DNA from: a virus
Virus record (IMG/VR): IMGVR_UViG_3300035145_002886
DNA: 64,000 nucleotides
Direction: 5' to 3' (one strand)
Position numbers and translations under genes: made by a program. Shown here piece after piece: positions 55,265 through 63,968 of the stretch (the stretch's first letter is position 1; every line of letters starts with the position of its first letter). Below the pieces are notes generated by a model. It saw only the letters and a list, made by a program, of their open reading frames with translations, was not told where the DNA came from and did not search any database.

Positions 55265-57055
55265 TTATCCATTTGCAATGTCAGAAACTCTAGTGTCCAT
55301 ACCATCAGCAGGTCTTTGTTTACCATAAGGTGTAGTAATAACTTCCTTACTTCCTGGGTTATAAGCATCGGATTGAAGATACATTCTACCTCTACCAGCA
55401 TTAAACATACTTTCAATTTCACCCTTATCTCTTGCTCTACCAGGCTTAAGAGTTATTGTAACCTTTAATTTACTTGGAAACCCTTCATAACCAAGAGGTC
55501 CTTCAAACTCAAATTCAGCGTCTTGTAGAGTTAAGTTACCAGCAACAATCATTGGATTCATTGGATTTCCTATCGTTAAATGCCAATTACCCGTCGGATC
55601 ACCAGCAACAAATGCATTTACAACAGTACCACCTTGAGGACCTCCAAGTAGCTTCATTAGTCCTCCCCCAATAACGTTATCGAAAACCTTGCTATCGCCG
55701 AAGTTACCTTCCATGATTTTACCGAAGTCATCCTTTAGGTTTCCAAATGCACCCATTATCTGGTCTCCTAACCCTTTAAAATAACCTTCATAATCTCCAC
55801 TTGAAAGTTTCTTGAAATCACCAAACGGTTTACCAACACTACCACTACCAAGATACCTTGTAGCACCTCCCCAGAAAGGAGCATTGTTATATGTTAGAGC
55901 AAGCAGGTTAGACATTGTGTCCATAAACGCTGCCTTTGGAGATGTGTTGCCATACCCTCTAATATCATAATAGAACGTTAAAGCAAAGTCTTGTTCAAAA
56001 ACCATCCCTCTTTCTCTGGTTAAAATCTTGTCAATAACATTATAGGGTCCAAAAACTTTATTTGGATATGTTTCCTTTGTAGGATCCCAACCTCCTCCTT
56101 TATCTCTAATCATTGCGGCAGATGCTGCACTTCTACCAACTGCGGCAGATTCAAGAGCCGAAAGAAGTGGACTTCCATCAATTGCAGCACCAAGAGCACC
56201 TCTGTTTCCCTTCGAAGAGGTAATTTCTTGAATTTGTGACTGCACCTCTTTCCAGTTAAACCCTACCTTAAACTTAAGTATCTCTTTAAGATCGTTGCCC
56301 AGTTCAGGAGAAAGATATGTAATTGCCCTTGCTATATCTGGCTGATCGGCCTTCACAGGCTTACCATCCTTGCCAAAAACCTCAGGAGCCATAATATCGT
56401 CGGCAACTGGATATGGAAATCTTCTAAGAGTTACCAGATACTCGTTACTAATTAAACCATAGTGTTCAGCCTGTATAAAGTCGGTTAGTGAATACTGAAA
56501 ACTTGCCTTATCATTATTTCCATTTATTTCATTTGAAAAATTAACAATATTTGATGCAGTTGGGTTAAGTATTATATTTGAAGCATTTGCCGGTCCTACT
56601 AGAGCCTTTGACATTTTATCCTTTAAGCTTGCCTTATCTCCTTTTCCTACTCCAGAAATATTAGATGTCTTAAATAGAGACCATCTATTAAACTTTGAAG
56701 GGACTGCTTTACCGGGTATTACTTCATCTCCCTTGTTACTTATTTTTAACTTATCTCCTGTTCCAGAAGTTTCCTGATTAACACTATAAATCCTACCAGT
56801 TCTTTCAAGTTCACCACCATATAGACCATCATGTCCTCCTGCAGCGGCCGCAACTGTAGATTCTCCATGTTTCTCATGTTCTCCACTGTCATCTGCTGGA
56901 TTACCTTTTGCGCCTTCAATTATAGTAGGCGAGTCGAACTCAGCACCGCTTAAGATTTCTCGGTATCTGTAACCCGAAGGAACCTCTCCTACGAATTGTA
57001 AATTTGATGAAGCTGCACTTATAGCGTCGTTAACGATATCCTTGATAGTTGCCAT
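55265..57055 (-). CDS. Putative baseplate tube-cap/initiator protein
   Basis: C-terminal WHLTIGNPMNP...FEFEGPLGYEGFPSKLKVTITLK resembles tube-initiator proteins; first gene of the baseplate operon. Confidence 0.5.
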   Translation of the reverse strand: MATIKDIVNDAISAASSNLQFVGEVPSGYRYREILSGAEFDSPTIIEGAKGNPADDSGEHEKHGESTVAAAAGGHDGLYGGELERTGRIYSVNQETSGTGDKLKISNKGDEVIPGKAVPSKFNRWSLFKTSNISGVGKGDKASLKDKMSKALVGPANASNIILNPTASNIVNFSNEINGNNDKASFQYSLTDFIQAEHYGLISNEYLVTLRRFPYPVADDIMAPEVFGKDGKPVKADQPDIARAITYLSPELGNDLKEILKFKVGFNWKEVQSQIQEITSSKGNRGALGAAIDGSPLLSALESAAVGRSAASAAMIRDKGGGWDPTKETYPNKVFGPYNVIDKILTRERGMVFEQDFALTFYYDIRGYGNTSPKAAFMDTMSNLLALTYNNAPFWGGATRYLGSGSVGKPFGDFKKLSSGDYEGYFKGLGDQIMGAFGNLKDDFGKIMEGNFGDSKVFDNVIGGGLMKLLGGPQGGTVVNAFVAGDPTGNWHLTIGNPMNPMIVAGNLTLQDAEFEFEGPLGYEGFPSKLKVTITLKPGRARDKGEIESMFNAGRGRMYLQSDAYNPGSKEVITTPYGKQRPADGMDTRVSDIANG

Positions 57056-57074
57056 TAATGGGAATAATTTTCTT

Positions 57075-57082
57075 TATATATC
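57075..57082 (-). promoter_or_regulatory. GATATATA motif at the head of the baseplate operon
   Basis: Intergenic, 19 nt before the ATG at 57055. Confidence 0.55.
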
Positions 57083-57097
57083 CCTATTAATATGATA

Positions 57098-57709
57098 CTA
57101 CGTCCACTCGCCCATGTCCATTTCCCTAGAAGTTGGATTATAGAACATGTTATCTATCCAGGATTCATCTGTTGGCATCCTGTCACCTAGAAATTTCTTT
57201 AAATGTGTTATGAATTCACCTTTAGAATTATACGAGAATTCACCTGATGATTTTCTGTATGGTAATCGAGTAGACATCTCATAGATTTCTTTAATCTTTT
57301 GCTCGATCATAAAGGTTTGTAAGTTGTTAAATAGAACCTCTTGTTCGTCTCTTGTTTTAGCGCAAAAAACAGAGTCAACAACTATTGTGTATTTTTCCCA
57401 ATTAGGACCGTCGAACAGATTCTCAACTAGATCGCCGACATTTTTGTAATTGGTTCGCTTTGCATTAATACGAGCCTCTCTGCCTTCAAAGTCTCTAATA
57501 AACCTACCTCCAAATAGGTTTTGCTTTAAAAAATAGATCGAGTCATAGAATTTTTTGACTCTAATTTGATATTGTGGATTAATGTCATCGAACTTAACGT
57601 CATAGATAAGTCCTCGTACAGGAATTAAAACATTTGGTTGATTTGTTGATGAGATTAGAGCCTGTACATATTCACCTTTATTAAAGATCTTATGCTTAAT
57701 CATTATCAA
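57098..57709 (-). CDS. Hypothetical protein
   Basis: 203-aa ORF. Confidence 0.55.
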   Translation of the reverse strand: MIMIKHKIFNKGEYVQALISSTNQPNVLIPVRGLIYDVKFDDINPQYQIRVKKFYDSIYFLKQNLFGGRFIRDFEGREARINAKRTNYKNVGDLVENLFDGPNWEKYTIVVDSVFCAKTRDEQEVLFNNLQTFMIEQKIKEIYEMSTRLPYRKSSGEFSYNSKGEFITHLKKFLGDRMPTDESWIDNMFYNPTSREMDMGEWT

Positions 57710-58094
57710 TAAACTTTACAGAATCAAAGAGACTCAGTACGCCTTTCTTTGGATAGTCACATCTGTCAATAATAATTAATTCAATACTATTAGTGTCAAA
57801 AGAACTATCAATATAGTCTTTAAAGTTCAGTACGGTTTCTTTATTCAGATTCTTAAATAAAAAGGCAACATTTACCAGATCTTGGTCCGCATACTTTTCA
57901 GATAAGCCACCAAAAAGTTTTTGAATGTATAATGAAATAATAATGTCTGATGGTTCAGCATCACTTGGGTCACTCTTGAGCAGGCGATTGTAAATATCGC
58001 TATGTGATATAATTACGTCGTAATCCTCAGATCTAGTATGCTTATCAAAATCCGATTTGGTTTTACACCATATTCCTGCTATCTTAAGTGTCAT
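57696..58094 (-). CDS. Hypothetical protein
   Basis: 132-aa ORF overlapping both neighbours. Confidence 0.5.
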   Translation of the reverse strand: MTLKIAGIWCKTKSDFDKHTRSEDYDVIISHSDIYNRLLKSDPSDAEPSDIIISLYIQKLFGGLSEKYADQDLVNVAFLFKNLNKETVLNFKDYIDSSFDTNSIELIIIDRCDYPKKGVLSLFDSVKFIDND

Positions 58095-58417
58095 CTTGTT
58101 TTAACAGCAGCTTCTAATCTTTTTAACTCCTGCTTTAATTCTTTTATTTTTTCTTTTAGTTTATCTACTGGAACAATTTTAGGATTCCCAATAGATCTAT
58201 GTACTTCAACAATATATGGGTCTAGAGATGAACCAACATCTATGCCCAAATCTAATGTCAAATCGTTTAAGAACCTGAGCAAGTTTTCTTGATCAGAATC
58301 TTTATCAAAGTCATATACGACTCTAGAAATATGTTCTTCTCCGGCACCATTAACGGAGTCATCGTATGTTATCTTGACGACTCCGTTATCAGCCGGTTCT
58401 ACTGTAACCGTAAGCAT
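58091..58417 (-). CDS. Hypothetical protein with C-terminal coiled coil
   Basis: 108 aa; ATGA overlap with the next gene. Confidence 0.55.
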   Translation of the reverse strand: MLTVTVEPADNGVVKITYDDSVNGAGEEHISRVVYDFDKDSDQENLLRFLNDLTLDLGIDVGSSLDPYIVEVHRSIGNPKIVPVDKLKEKIKELKQELKRLEAAVKTR

Positions 58418-58420
58418 ATT

Positions 58421-58810
58421 TTATCTATTTGCTCTAGACTCGCTTACTTCTTTTCTAAGCAGTCTAGCTTTTTTTCTGTCTTCTCTCCAAGTTTCTTTGT
58501 CTCTAATCGCGGTTAGAACCCAAGCCTCTTCAAGCTTAGAGATTTCTTCAGCATTATATCCAATGTTAGCCCATGTTTCTTTTACAGATTCTAGCTTTTG
58601 CTCTAGAGCTTCTCCCTGTTGTTTTTCAATATGGTCTAACCATGCCTGGTGCATTTGTCTCCCCTGTTCGCGATTTTGTTCACGAATTGCAGTTCTTGTT
58701 TCAGAGAAAAATGAAAGCTTTGAGATTTGCTTTAAGAGTCCTCTCTCTTTTAACATGTAGCGTCTTTGACGTCTATTTAAGAATGTTGGTTGTTGTGTTT
58801 GTTCACTCAT
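58421..58810 (-). CDS. Hypothetical charged helical protein
   Basis: 129 aa, NRRQRR motif. Confidence 0.55.
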   Translation of the reverse strand: MSEQTQQPTFLNRRQRRYMLKERGLLKQISKLSFFSETRTAIREQNREQGRQMHQAWLDHIEKQQGEALEQKLESVKETWANIGYNAEEISKLEEAWVLTAIRDKETWREDRKKARLLRKEVSESRANR

Positions 58811-59375
58811 TTGTGTAGTAATTAGTAATGAAACTTTGAATTTGAGACCTTAGTTGGTCTTGTAGATTATTTATCTGATTTTCTATCAGTAGCCCGATCT
58901 GCTCGTTTAGGTCAGAGTCTTCCAGGTCCATTTGATCTTTTAGCATCTCATAGACTTGAATCGATGGAATATTAACCTTTACTGGCATTTCTGCCTGGTT
59001 CTTCTTACTCATCTTAGAGAGCATCTCCATCATCACATTAACTTCAGGATCAGGTGCTGATTTACCATCTGTAATTCTGCGATCAGTTGTATTATTTGTA
59101 GTTTTTTCAGGAATTTTCATTTTTACTCCTGGTGTTTTTGGAGGTTCTACATTTCCTAATCCTCCAAAGGTCTTTGAAATATTAGCCGCATCATCTTCAT
59201 CTTTTGCAGCAATTAGCATTTCATCAATTATAGAACTATTAATTCTAGTCCCATCTGTAAAATGTAGGAATTCACCATCAGAGTTTTGGGTATCGGCAAC
59301 AAAAACTATATCACCTGCCCTTTCGGTTTTACACCAAACATAAATTAATTGTTGGTTTATTGTAACTTCGCTCAT
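58803..59375 (-). CDS. Hypothetical protein
   Basis: The track gives 59489 as start; MSEVTINQ (59375) avoids a long overlap with 59419-59619. Start uncertain. Confidence 0.5.
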   Translation of the reverse strand: MSEVTINQQLIYVWCKTERAGDIVFVADTQNSDGEFLHFTDGTRINSSIIDEMLIAAKDEDDAANISKTFGGLGNVEPPKTPGVKMKIPEKTTNNTTDRRITDGKSAPDPEVNVMMEMLSKMSKKNQAEMPVKVNIPSIQVYEMLKDQMDLEDSDLNEQIGLLIENQINNLQDQLRSQIQSFITNYYTNE

Positions 59376-59418
59376 TATTATATTGTTTTTAGTCTTTACT
59401 AATTTGTCTATTAAAAAG

Positions 59419-59619
59419 TTAAGTATTTTGAGTCTCGCTGTTTTCATATTCTTTTTCAACGAATTGTTTAATAAACTCCATTGACTCAACTGATCCCATT
59501 ACGGCATCAGATTTATAAAGTCTTCTTACCCAATATTTTATAAATTCTTCATTGCCCTCTTTTAGCAATTGTGCTTTTAGATCCTGCAGATCTGGTAAAA
59601 TTAATTTGTTAAATCCCAT
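59419..59619 (-). CDS. Small hypothetical protein
   Basis: 66 aa, TAATG-coupled to the helicase stop. Confidence 0.5.
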   Translation of the reverse strand: MGFNKLILPDLQDLKAQLLKEGNEEFIKYWVRRLYKSDAVMGSVESMEFIKQFVEKEYENSETQNT

Positions 59620-61364
59620 TATTTTATTGTTTTAAGTCGTTCAGTAAAAGTTGGTGGGAACAGCTCTGATTTATTTATCAACGAAAGAAAGCATGCATCC
59701 AGCACATAGGTTACTGCCCAGTCCTCTTCGCTTCTTACACTTCTTCCCACTCCCTGCATAATTGTAATTCCAGTCTTCCAATCATACCAGCCTGGCATCT
59801 TTTCCATCTTAGCTTTAATTAGTGGATCCCTTAAATTTGGATAGGGAACCTTAAAAAAGACCTGGAATCGGCTAATGTCGTCCTTTAGGTCAAGCCCTTC
59901 AAGTAGCGAAGGTCCCATAAAAACAGCATCCTCTTTTTGTTTAAATAGTTCTAACATATCACCCTTCTCTTTTGAATTGTCATAATCCATTAGTCGAAAA
60001 AGGTGCGTGCTATTGCTTTTAATATAGTTTGTAAATTCATATGAACCAGTGTGGATAATTCCCCGTTGACCCTTATGTTTACTAATAATCTTATCAAGTA
60101 ACTCGACCACTTTCGGTAAACTTTGTTCCTTGTGACGATATGATAACTTATGCTTATTCACAAATACAACCGGTGACTTGTCGTAATTAAAGGCATTGTC
60201 TAAACGGATAAACTTAGCACTTTTAATTCCCATCACCTTTGCATATTCTCTTGGTCCTCCAATTGTTGCACTCATAAAGACCTTAAAACCGGCTTGGTTG
60301 TGCAAGTATTTTTGAATCATTGTAGACTCTTCAGTACACATAAATTTAACCTCATCGCCGCGTTGGTCCCAAACCATTGATTCAACGCCAACTTCGGCTA
60401 TTAGTTTTGTGTAGTCTTCTATTTTACAATGAATGTCTTTAATGCGGTCAAATCTACCAAAAGCCTTTCTCCAGGTTGGAGTCATCTCCCGTTCATTAAA
60501 TTGACCAAACATTCGCTTCACCATATTTTCAGCGGCTGGACGACAAACTAAAAATTGAACCAATACTTTCTCTAACTCTTTTAATTTTGCGAAGAGTTGA
60601 TTGCGGTCCTGAATTCGGATTAGGTCCTGCACCAAATCATTTAGATAAGCCTTACTAATAGTAGGACTCGATACTCCTGCCTTAATTAAAAAGTTAGATT
60701 GAGCGTTTAGCAGGTCGGGAAGGAAATTATCTATCCTGGGAGAAAAATGATTCTGTACAATATCATCTACTTTATGGGCCTCATCAAAAAAGACAAAGTC
60801 ACGCTTAGCAAACGGTACCTTACGTTCTCCCGCTTCCATCTTCGGAGCGACGTAGTTTCGTTGTAATAACCAAAAGGCATAATTTAGAACCGTAACGGGT
60901 GAATCAATTGCTCTTATTCTTAACTGTAGATAGTCACATCTATTAGAACAATCAAGTTTTGCAAGCGCTTGTTCATACCCCATATTCCGCATTCTACATT
61001 CACCTAACGAGAACTTAAGTCCATTTACATTACAATTGTAATTATCGACCCCTTTAATTGAGGGCCAACGTAATCTTAAGCGGTTAATGTCGGCCTCATA
61101 TTGATCTTGTAACGAAATGTCAGATGTGATTAGATAGCCCTGCTTTCCAAGTTCCTTTAAGATCCAAGAGCACCACATTGCGATAATTGACTTACCAGTT
61201 CCTGTAGGTGCATCGATAACAACCGTTGATTCAGGGTCCTCTTGATAGGTCTTAACAATAGTTTCTATTGTCTCTCTTTGGCCTTTCCTAAAGGTAAAGT
61301 TAGGACCAAATATGTCCTTTTCTAGGGCCTCTTTAATAATTTCATCTATAGATCGTTCCAGCAT
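59619..61364 (-). CDS. DinG/XPD-family helicase with probable 4Fe-4S cluster
   Basis: FRKGQ, DAPTGTGKS, four Cys (CNV, GEC, CSNRC), FFDEAH, MSATI, EGLDLKDD, KVPYP, QGVGRSVRSEEDW. Confidence 0.85.
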   Translation of the reverse strand: MLERSIDEIIKEALEKDIFGPNFTFRKGQRETIETIVKTYQEDPESTVVIDAPTGTGKSIIAMWCSWILKELGKQGYLITSDISLQDQYEADINRLRLRWPSIKGVDNYNCNVNGLKFSLGECRMRNMGYEQALAKLDCSNRCDYLQLRIRAIDSPVTVLNYAFWLLQRNYVAPKMEAGERKVPFAKRDFVFFDEAHKVDDIVQNHFSPRIDNFLPDLLNAQSNFLIKAGVSSPTISKAYLNDLVQDLIRIQDRNQLFAKLKELEKVLVQFLVCRPAAENMVKRMFGQFNEREMTPTWRKAFGRFDRIKDIHCKIEDYTKLIAEVGVESMVWDQRGDEVKFMCTEESTMIQKYLHNQAGFKVFMSATIGGPREYAKVMGIKSAKFIRLDNAFNYDKSPVVFVNKHKLSYRHKEQSLPKVVELLDKIISKHKGQRGIIHTGSYEFTNYIKSNSTHLFRLMDYDNSKEKGDMLELFKQKEDAVFMGPSLLEGLDLKDDISRFQVFFKVPYPNLRDPLIKAKMEKMPGWYDWKTGITIMQGVGRSVRSEEDWAVTYVLDACFLSLINKSELFPPTFTERLKTIK

Positions 61365-61861
61365 ATCACCTCTTCTACTTCAATATTAGCTTTCTTTAAT
61401 AAATCGACTCCCGACATGTCGCGGTAGTCTTCTGAATAGTAGACTTTTGATATGCCTGCCTGAATAATCAACTTAGCACAGTCAAAGCAGGGGCAAGTTG
61501 TAGTGTAGAGTTCAGCGCCTTCACAACTCATCGTAGACTTGGCTACTTTTGTAATTGCGTTAGATTCGGCGTGTAAAACTTCACGTTTAGTTACTGTTTT
61601 GTGACATGAACAACTATCATCAACATCACAATCCCAGCCATTATCGGTTAATATTTCATAACCAGTATCGTTTTCATAGTATCTAGTTTCAACCGTCTCA
61701 CATTGATTTTCAAAACCATGCGGCATTCCGTTGTAGCCAAATGAAATGATTTGCTTATCTTTAACAATTACGCAACCAACCTTACGTCTTTTCGCGTATG
61801 ATAATTTCGCAAACTGATAGGCAGTTTGCATGTATATTTTCTCAATTGCTATTCTTGGCAT
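61346..61861 (-). CDS. dCMP deaminase
   Basis: VGCVIVKD, GYNG, HAESNAI, PCFDC, IIQAGI. Start reassigned to MPRIA (61861) because the track start lies inside the terminator hairpin. Confidence 0.92.
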   Translation of the reverse strand: MPRIAIEKIYMQTAYQFAKLSYAKRRKVGCVIVKDKQIISFGYNGMPHGFENQCETVETRYYENDTGYEILTDNGWDCDVDDSCSCHKTVTKREVLHAESNAITKVAKSTMSCEGAELYTTTCPCFDCAKLIIQAGISKVYYSEDYRDMSGVDLLKKANIEVEEVICWNDL

Positions 61862-61869
61862 AATTGCAT

Positions 61870-61905
61870 AAAAAAGTCGTACATAGTTTATATGCACGAC
61901 TTTTT
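61870..61905 (-). terminator. Intrinsic terminator after the acidic leader-tagged gene
   Basis: Minus strand AAAAAGTCGTGCATA-TAAAC-TATGTACGACTTTTTT (one G-U pair, U6 tail). Confidence 0.75.
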
Positions 61906-61937
61906 AAAAAGTTTAATATTGAAGTGTTAAGAAGTCC

Positions 61938-62507
61938 TTAGTCCATTCCAACGGCACCCTTAACAGCATCTATTGCTGGATTTGGTGGCATTGCAATTTC
62001 ATCCATCTTCTTAGCATATGATTCTTTCATAGATTCACATGCAGATTCGAATTGCTCTTGAGTCATTTCCTCATCATGAACAGATTCGTACGCTTCTTTT
62101 AATTTATCAGCAGCAAGTGCAGCAATTAAAGCAGCATTTTCTTTCATGTATGATTCTACAGTATGCTCATCATAATCATCGTTATGATAATCTACAGCCT
62201 CTTTACAAGCTTTTTCATACATTTCTTTCATTAGTTCAGAAGCGGCCAATGCAGCAAGTGCAGGATTTTCATTTACCTCTTCTTCTTCAGTTTCAGCTAC
62301 TTCCTCTTCTTCAGTTTCAGCAACTTCCTCTTCAGTTTCAGCAACCTCTTCTTCGGTTTCTTCAGCAACTTCAACTTCTTCTTCGTTGTCTTCCACCTCA
62401 TCTTCTAGGTTTTTAACTTCGCCAGTATCTGCTACTTCTTTTTCGATTTCTTCAGAGCGATCGGCTTCGCGAACGTACTCTTCAAATGATAGAATTTTTT
62501 TGCTCAT
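61938..62507 (-). CDS. Highly acidic putative prohead core/scaffold-like protein
   Basis: Leader MSKKILSFEEYVRE, VAETEEE(E) repeats, very Glu-rich. Confidence 0.6.
   Translation of the reverse strand: MSKKILSFEEYVREADRSEEIEKEVADTGEVKNLEDEVEDNEEEVEVAEETEEEVAETEEEVAETEEEEVAETEEEEVNENPALAALAASELMKEMYEKACKEAVDYHNDDYDEHTVESYMKENAALIAALAADKLKEAYESVHDEEMTQEQFESACESMKESYAKKMDEIAMPPNPAIDAVKGAVGMD
62278..62372 (-). repeat. In-frame 21/24-nt tandem repeat encoding VAETEEE(E)
   Basis: tcttcttcagtttcagctacttcc (62281-62304), tcttcttcagtttcagcaacttcc (62305-62328), then two degenerate units. Confidence 0.85.
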
Positions 62508-62536
62508 TGTATAATGTTTTTGTTTTTTCTATGTTT

Positions 62537-62544
62537 TATATATC
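62537..62544 (-). promoter_or_regulatory. GATATATA motif upstream of the acidic protein
   Basis: Intergenic copy. Confidence 0.55.
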
Positions 62545-62547
62545 CTT

Positions 62548-62853
62548 TTAATCTAGGATTATTTTTAGACTTAGCGGGGTTGTTCCCTTGATGATTCGAT
62601 GAATTACTCCAGAGGGTATGTCTATTTTTCTTTCTGTGCTTATTTGGATTGGCAATTTATTATCATATTGAAACCTCCAATCATTTTTATTTAATGCAAT
62701 TATTTTTCTGTCCTCGTCGTCTGCATGCCACTTATATAAATGTTCTGGGTAACTAGGGTCAAAATGTCTAATAATGTAACCATCGAATCTTTCCTCAGTA
62801 AAAGGTTTACGTTGGTCATCTATCATCTCAATCATTTTTTCATATGTTACCAT
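62548..62853 (-). CDS. Cupin-fold protein
   Basis: KWHADDEDR (motif 1) and IDIPSGVIHRI (motif 2). Confidence 0.65.
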   Translation of the reverse strand: MVTYEKMIEMIDDQRKPFTEERFDGYIIRHFDPSYPEHLYKWHADDEDRKIIALNKNDWRFQYDNKLPIQISTERKIDIPSGVIHRIIKGTTPLSLKIILD

Positions 62854-63386
62854 GGCTGATCGCTTTTAAGTCCGAGTTGTTTTCCAAATAAGGTTGGGCC
62901 ATAACATGCCCAGAATCCTGTCTTTGTTGGATCCATTTTCTTTTGAAGGTCACATTGGTGGCGTGCCCAAAAACTAGCTGCTCTACCAGGATCGTCGTTC
63001 TTAACGGTTAGGTTAGGGTCTCCCCATTCAATCTTCATCGCCATGGTATTTCCGTCCTTGTCCTTTCTGCCATTATTATGATATACAATAAACTTACGAC
63101 TACCACCTCTTTCTGGAGAATCTAACTTTACCTTAACTGGATCCTTGCCTCTTGCCTTATACATAGCTGGCTTACCGACCTCTAGATGTTTTGCCATCCA
63201 TGCACTAGGTCCCTTTAAGATTATATTGTTCTTATCCCAGTACTGCTTTACCTCTTCAAAAAGTTCAGCATACTTTTCACTACCAAGTCTAAAAAAAGAA
63301 TTGGTTAAATCAAGGTCCTCGTCAAGATGTGCCTTTAACTCTGGTGAAACGTTATTCCAGTCTTCAAATGTCTTTATAAATTTCAT
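62847..63386 (-). CDS. Conserved phage protein (SFxARHxC type) with capsid-targeting-like leader
   Basis: MKFIKTFEDW leader; GGSRKFIVY...WGDPN...RAASFWARHQC...FWAC. Confidence 0.6.
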   Translation of the reverse strand: MKFIKTFEDWNNVSPELKAHLDEDLDLTNSFFRLGSEKYAELFEEVKQYWDKNNIILKGPSAWMAKHLEVGKPAMYKARGKDPVKVKLDSPERGGSRKFIVYHNNGRKDKDGNTMAMKIEWGDPNLTVKNDDPGRAASFWARHQCDLQKKMDPTKTGFWACYGPTLFGKQLGLKSDQPW

Positions 63387-63395
63387 CTCTATTTT

Positions 63396-63968
63396 TTATT
63401 TTGGTGCTTTTGATATAAAATCTACCAGTTGGGGTCCCATTTTCCTAATAAAATCAATAGTTTGTTGAGATATATCTGAGGTGTTTTCTAAATAATCACA
63501 AGCTTCTTCAATTTCTTTCTTTAATTTTGAATTAGAGATTGAATTTTTAGTTAGCCTGCCTTCAGCTAAATATTTTCTTAAATCGAAGTTATCCATAATC
63601 TTATTTCTATTGTATTTAATAGGTGTTTTTCTCATTAAAATAATGTCAACCGAAGAGCCTTCATTATTGATGATCCAGCCGTATAGATTTTTATTAAACT
63701 TAAATACTCTTTTACCAGTATCTGTTAAACCTTCAAATGAATATTGTTTCTTTAATTCTAAGGTAAACTCTTTTAATGTAGAAGTTGTATCGACTTTAGG
63801 ATAAACTGTTGCTTTAAATTTACCTCTAGCCTTTGATGAATTACCATCAATAGCACCTGATTTGATTAAGCCGTTTGATTTCATGTCCTCTATAAGGTTA
63901 TTAATATCTGACTTAATATTTATCTTTGACTCGCTTGTAAAGCCCTCAAATAGTTTTATGTACTTCAT
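63396..63968 (-). CDS. Two-part protein with capsid-targeting-like leader and internal MDNFDLRKYLAE motif
   Basis: MKYIKLFEGFTSE at the start; internal ATG at 63596. Confidence 0.6.
   Translation of the reverse strand: MKYIKLFEGFTSESKINIKSDINNLIEDMKSNGLIKSGAIDGNSSKARGKFKATVYPKVDTTSTLKEFTLELKKQYSFEGLTDTGKRVFKFNKNLYGWIINNEGSSVDIILMRKTPIKYNRNKIMDNFDLRKYLAEGRLTKNSISNSKLKKEIEEACDYLENTSDISQQTIDFIRKMGPQLVDFISKAPK

Noticed and set aside
3965-58760. Alternative-frame minus-strand ORFs (3965-4216, 16455-16865, 26860-27078, 29990-30193, 30356-30538, 36744-36959, 39736-39930, 41904-42089, 44722-44955, 46256-46441, 51992-52297, 58374-58760)
   Set aside because: Almost wholly nested in better-supported genes, with no motifs or distinctive start contexts.
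61862-61897. Track start of dCMP deaminase at 61897
   Set aside because: It lies inside the terminator stem-loop; ATG 61861 gives a normal N-terminus.
323-63468. All plus-strand ORFs in the track (e.g. 3155-3589, 5998-6552, 38330-38812, 40669-41061, 62039-62416)
   Set aside because: Each lies antisense to a longer minus-strand gene with recognisable motifs or coherent operon context; Ser/Leu/Phe-rich composition is typical of shadow frames.
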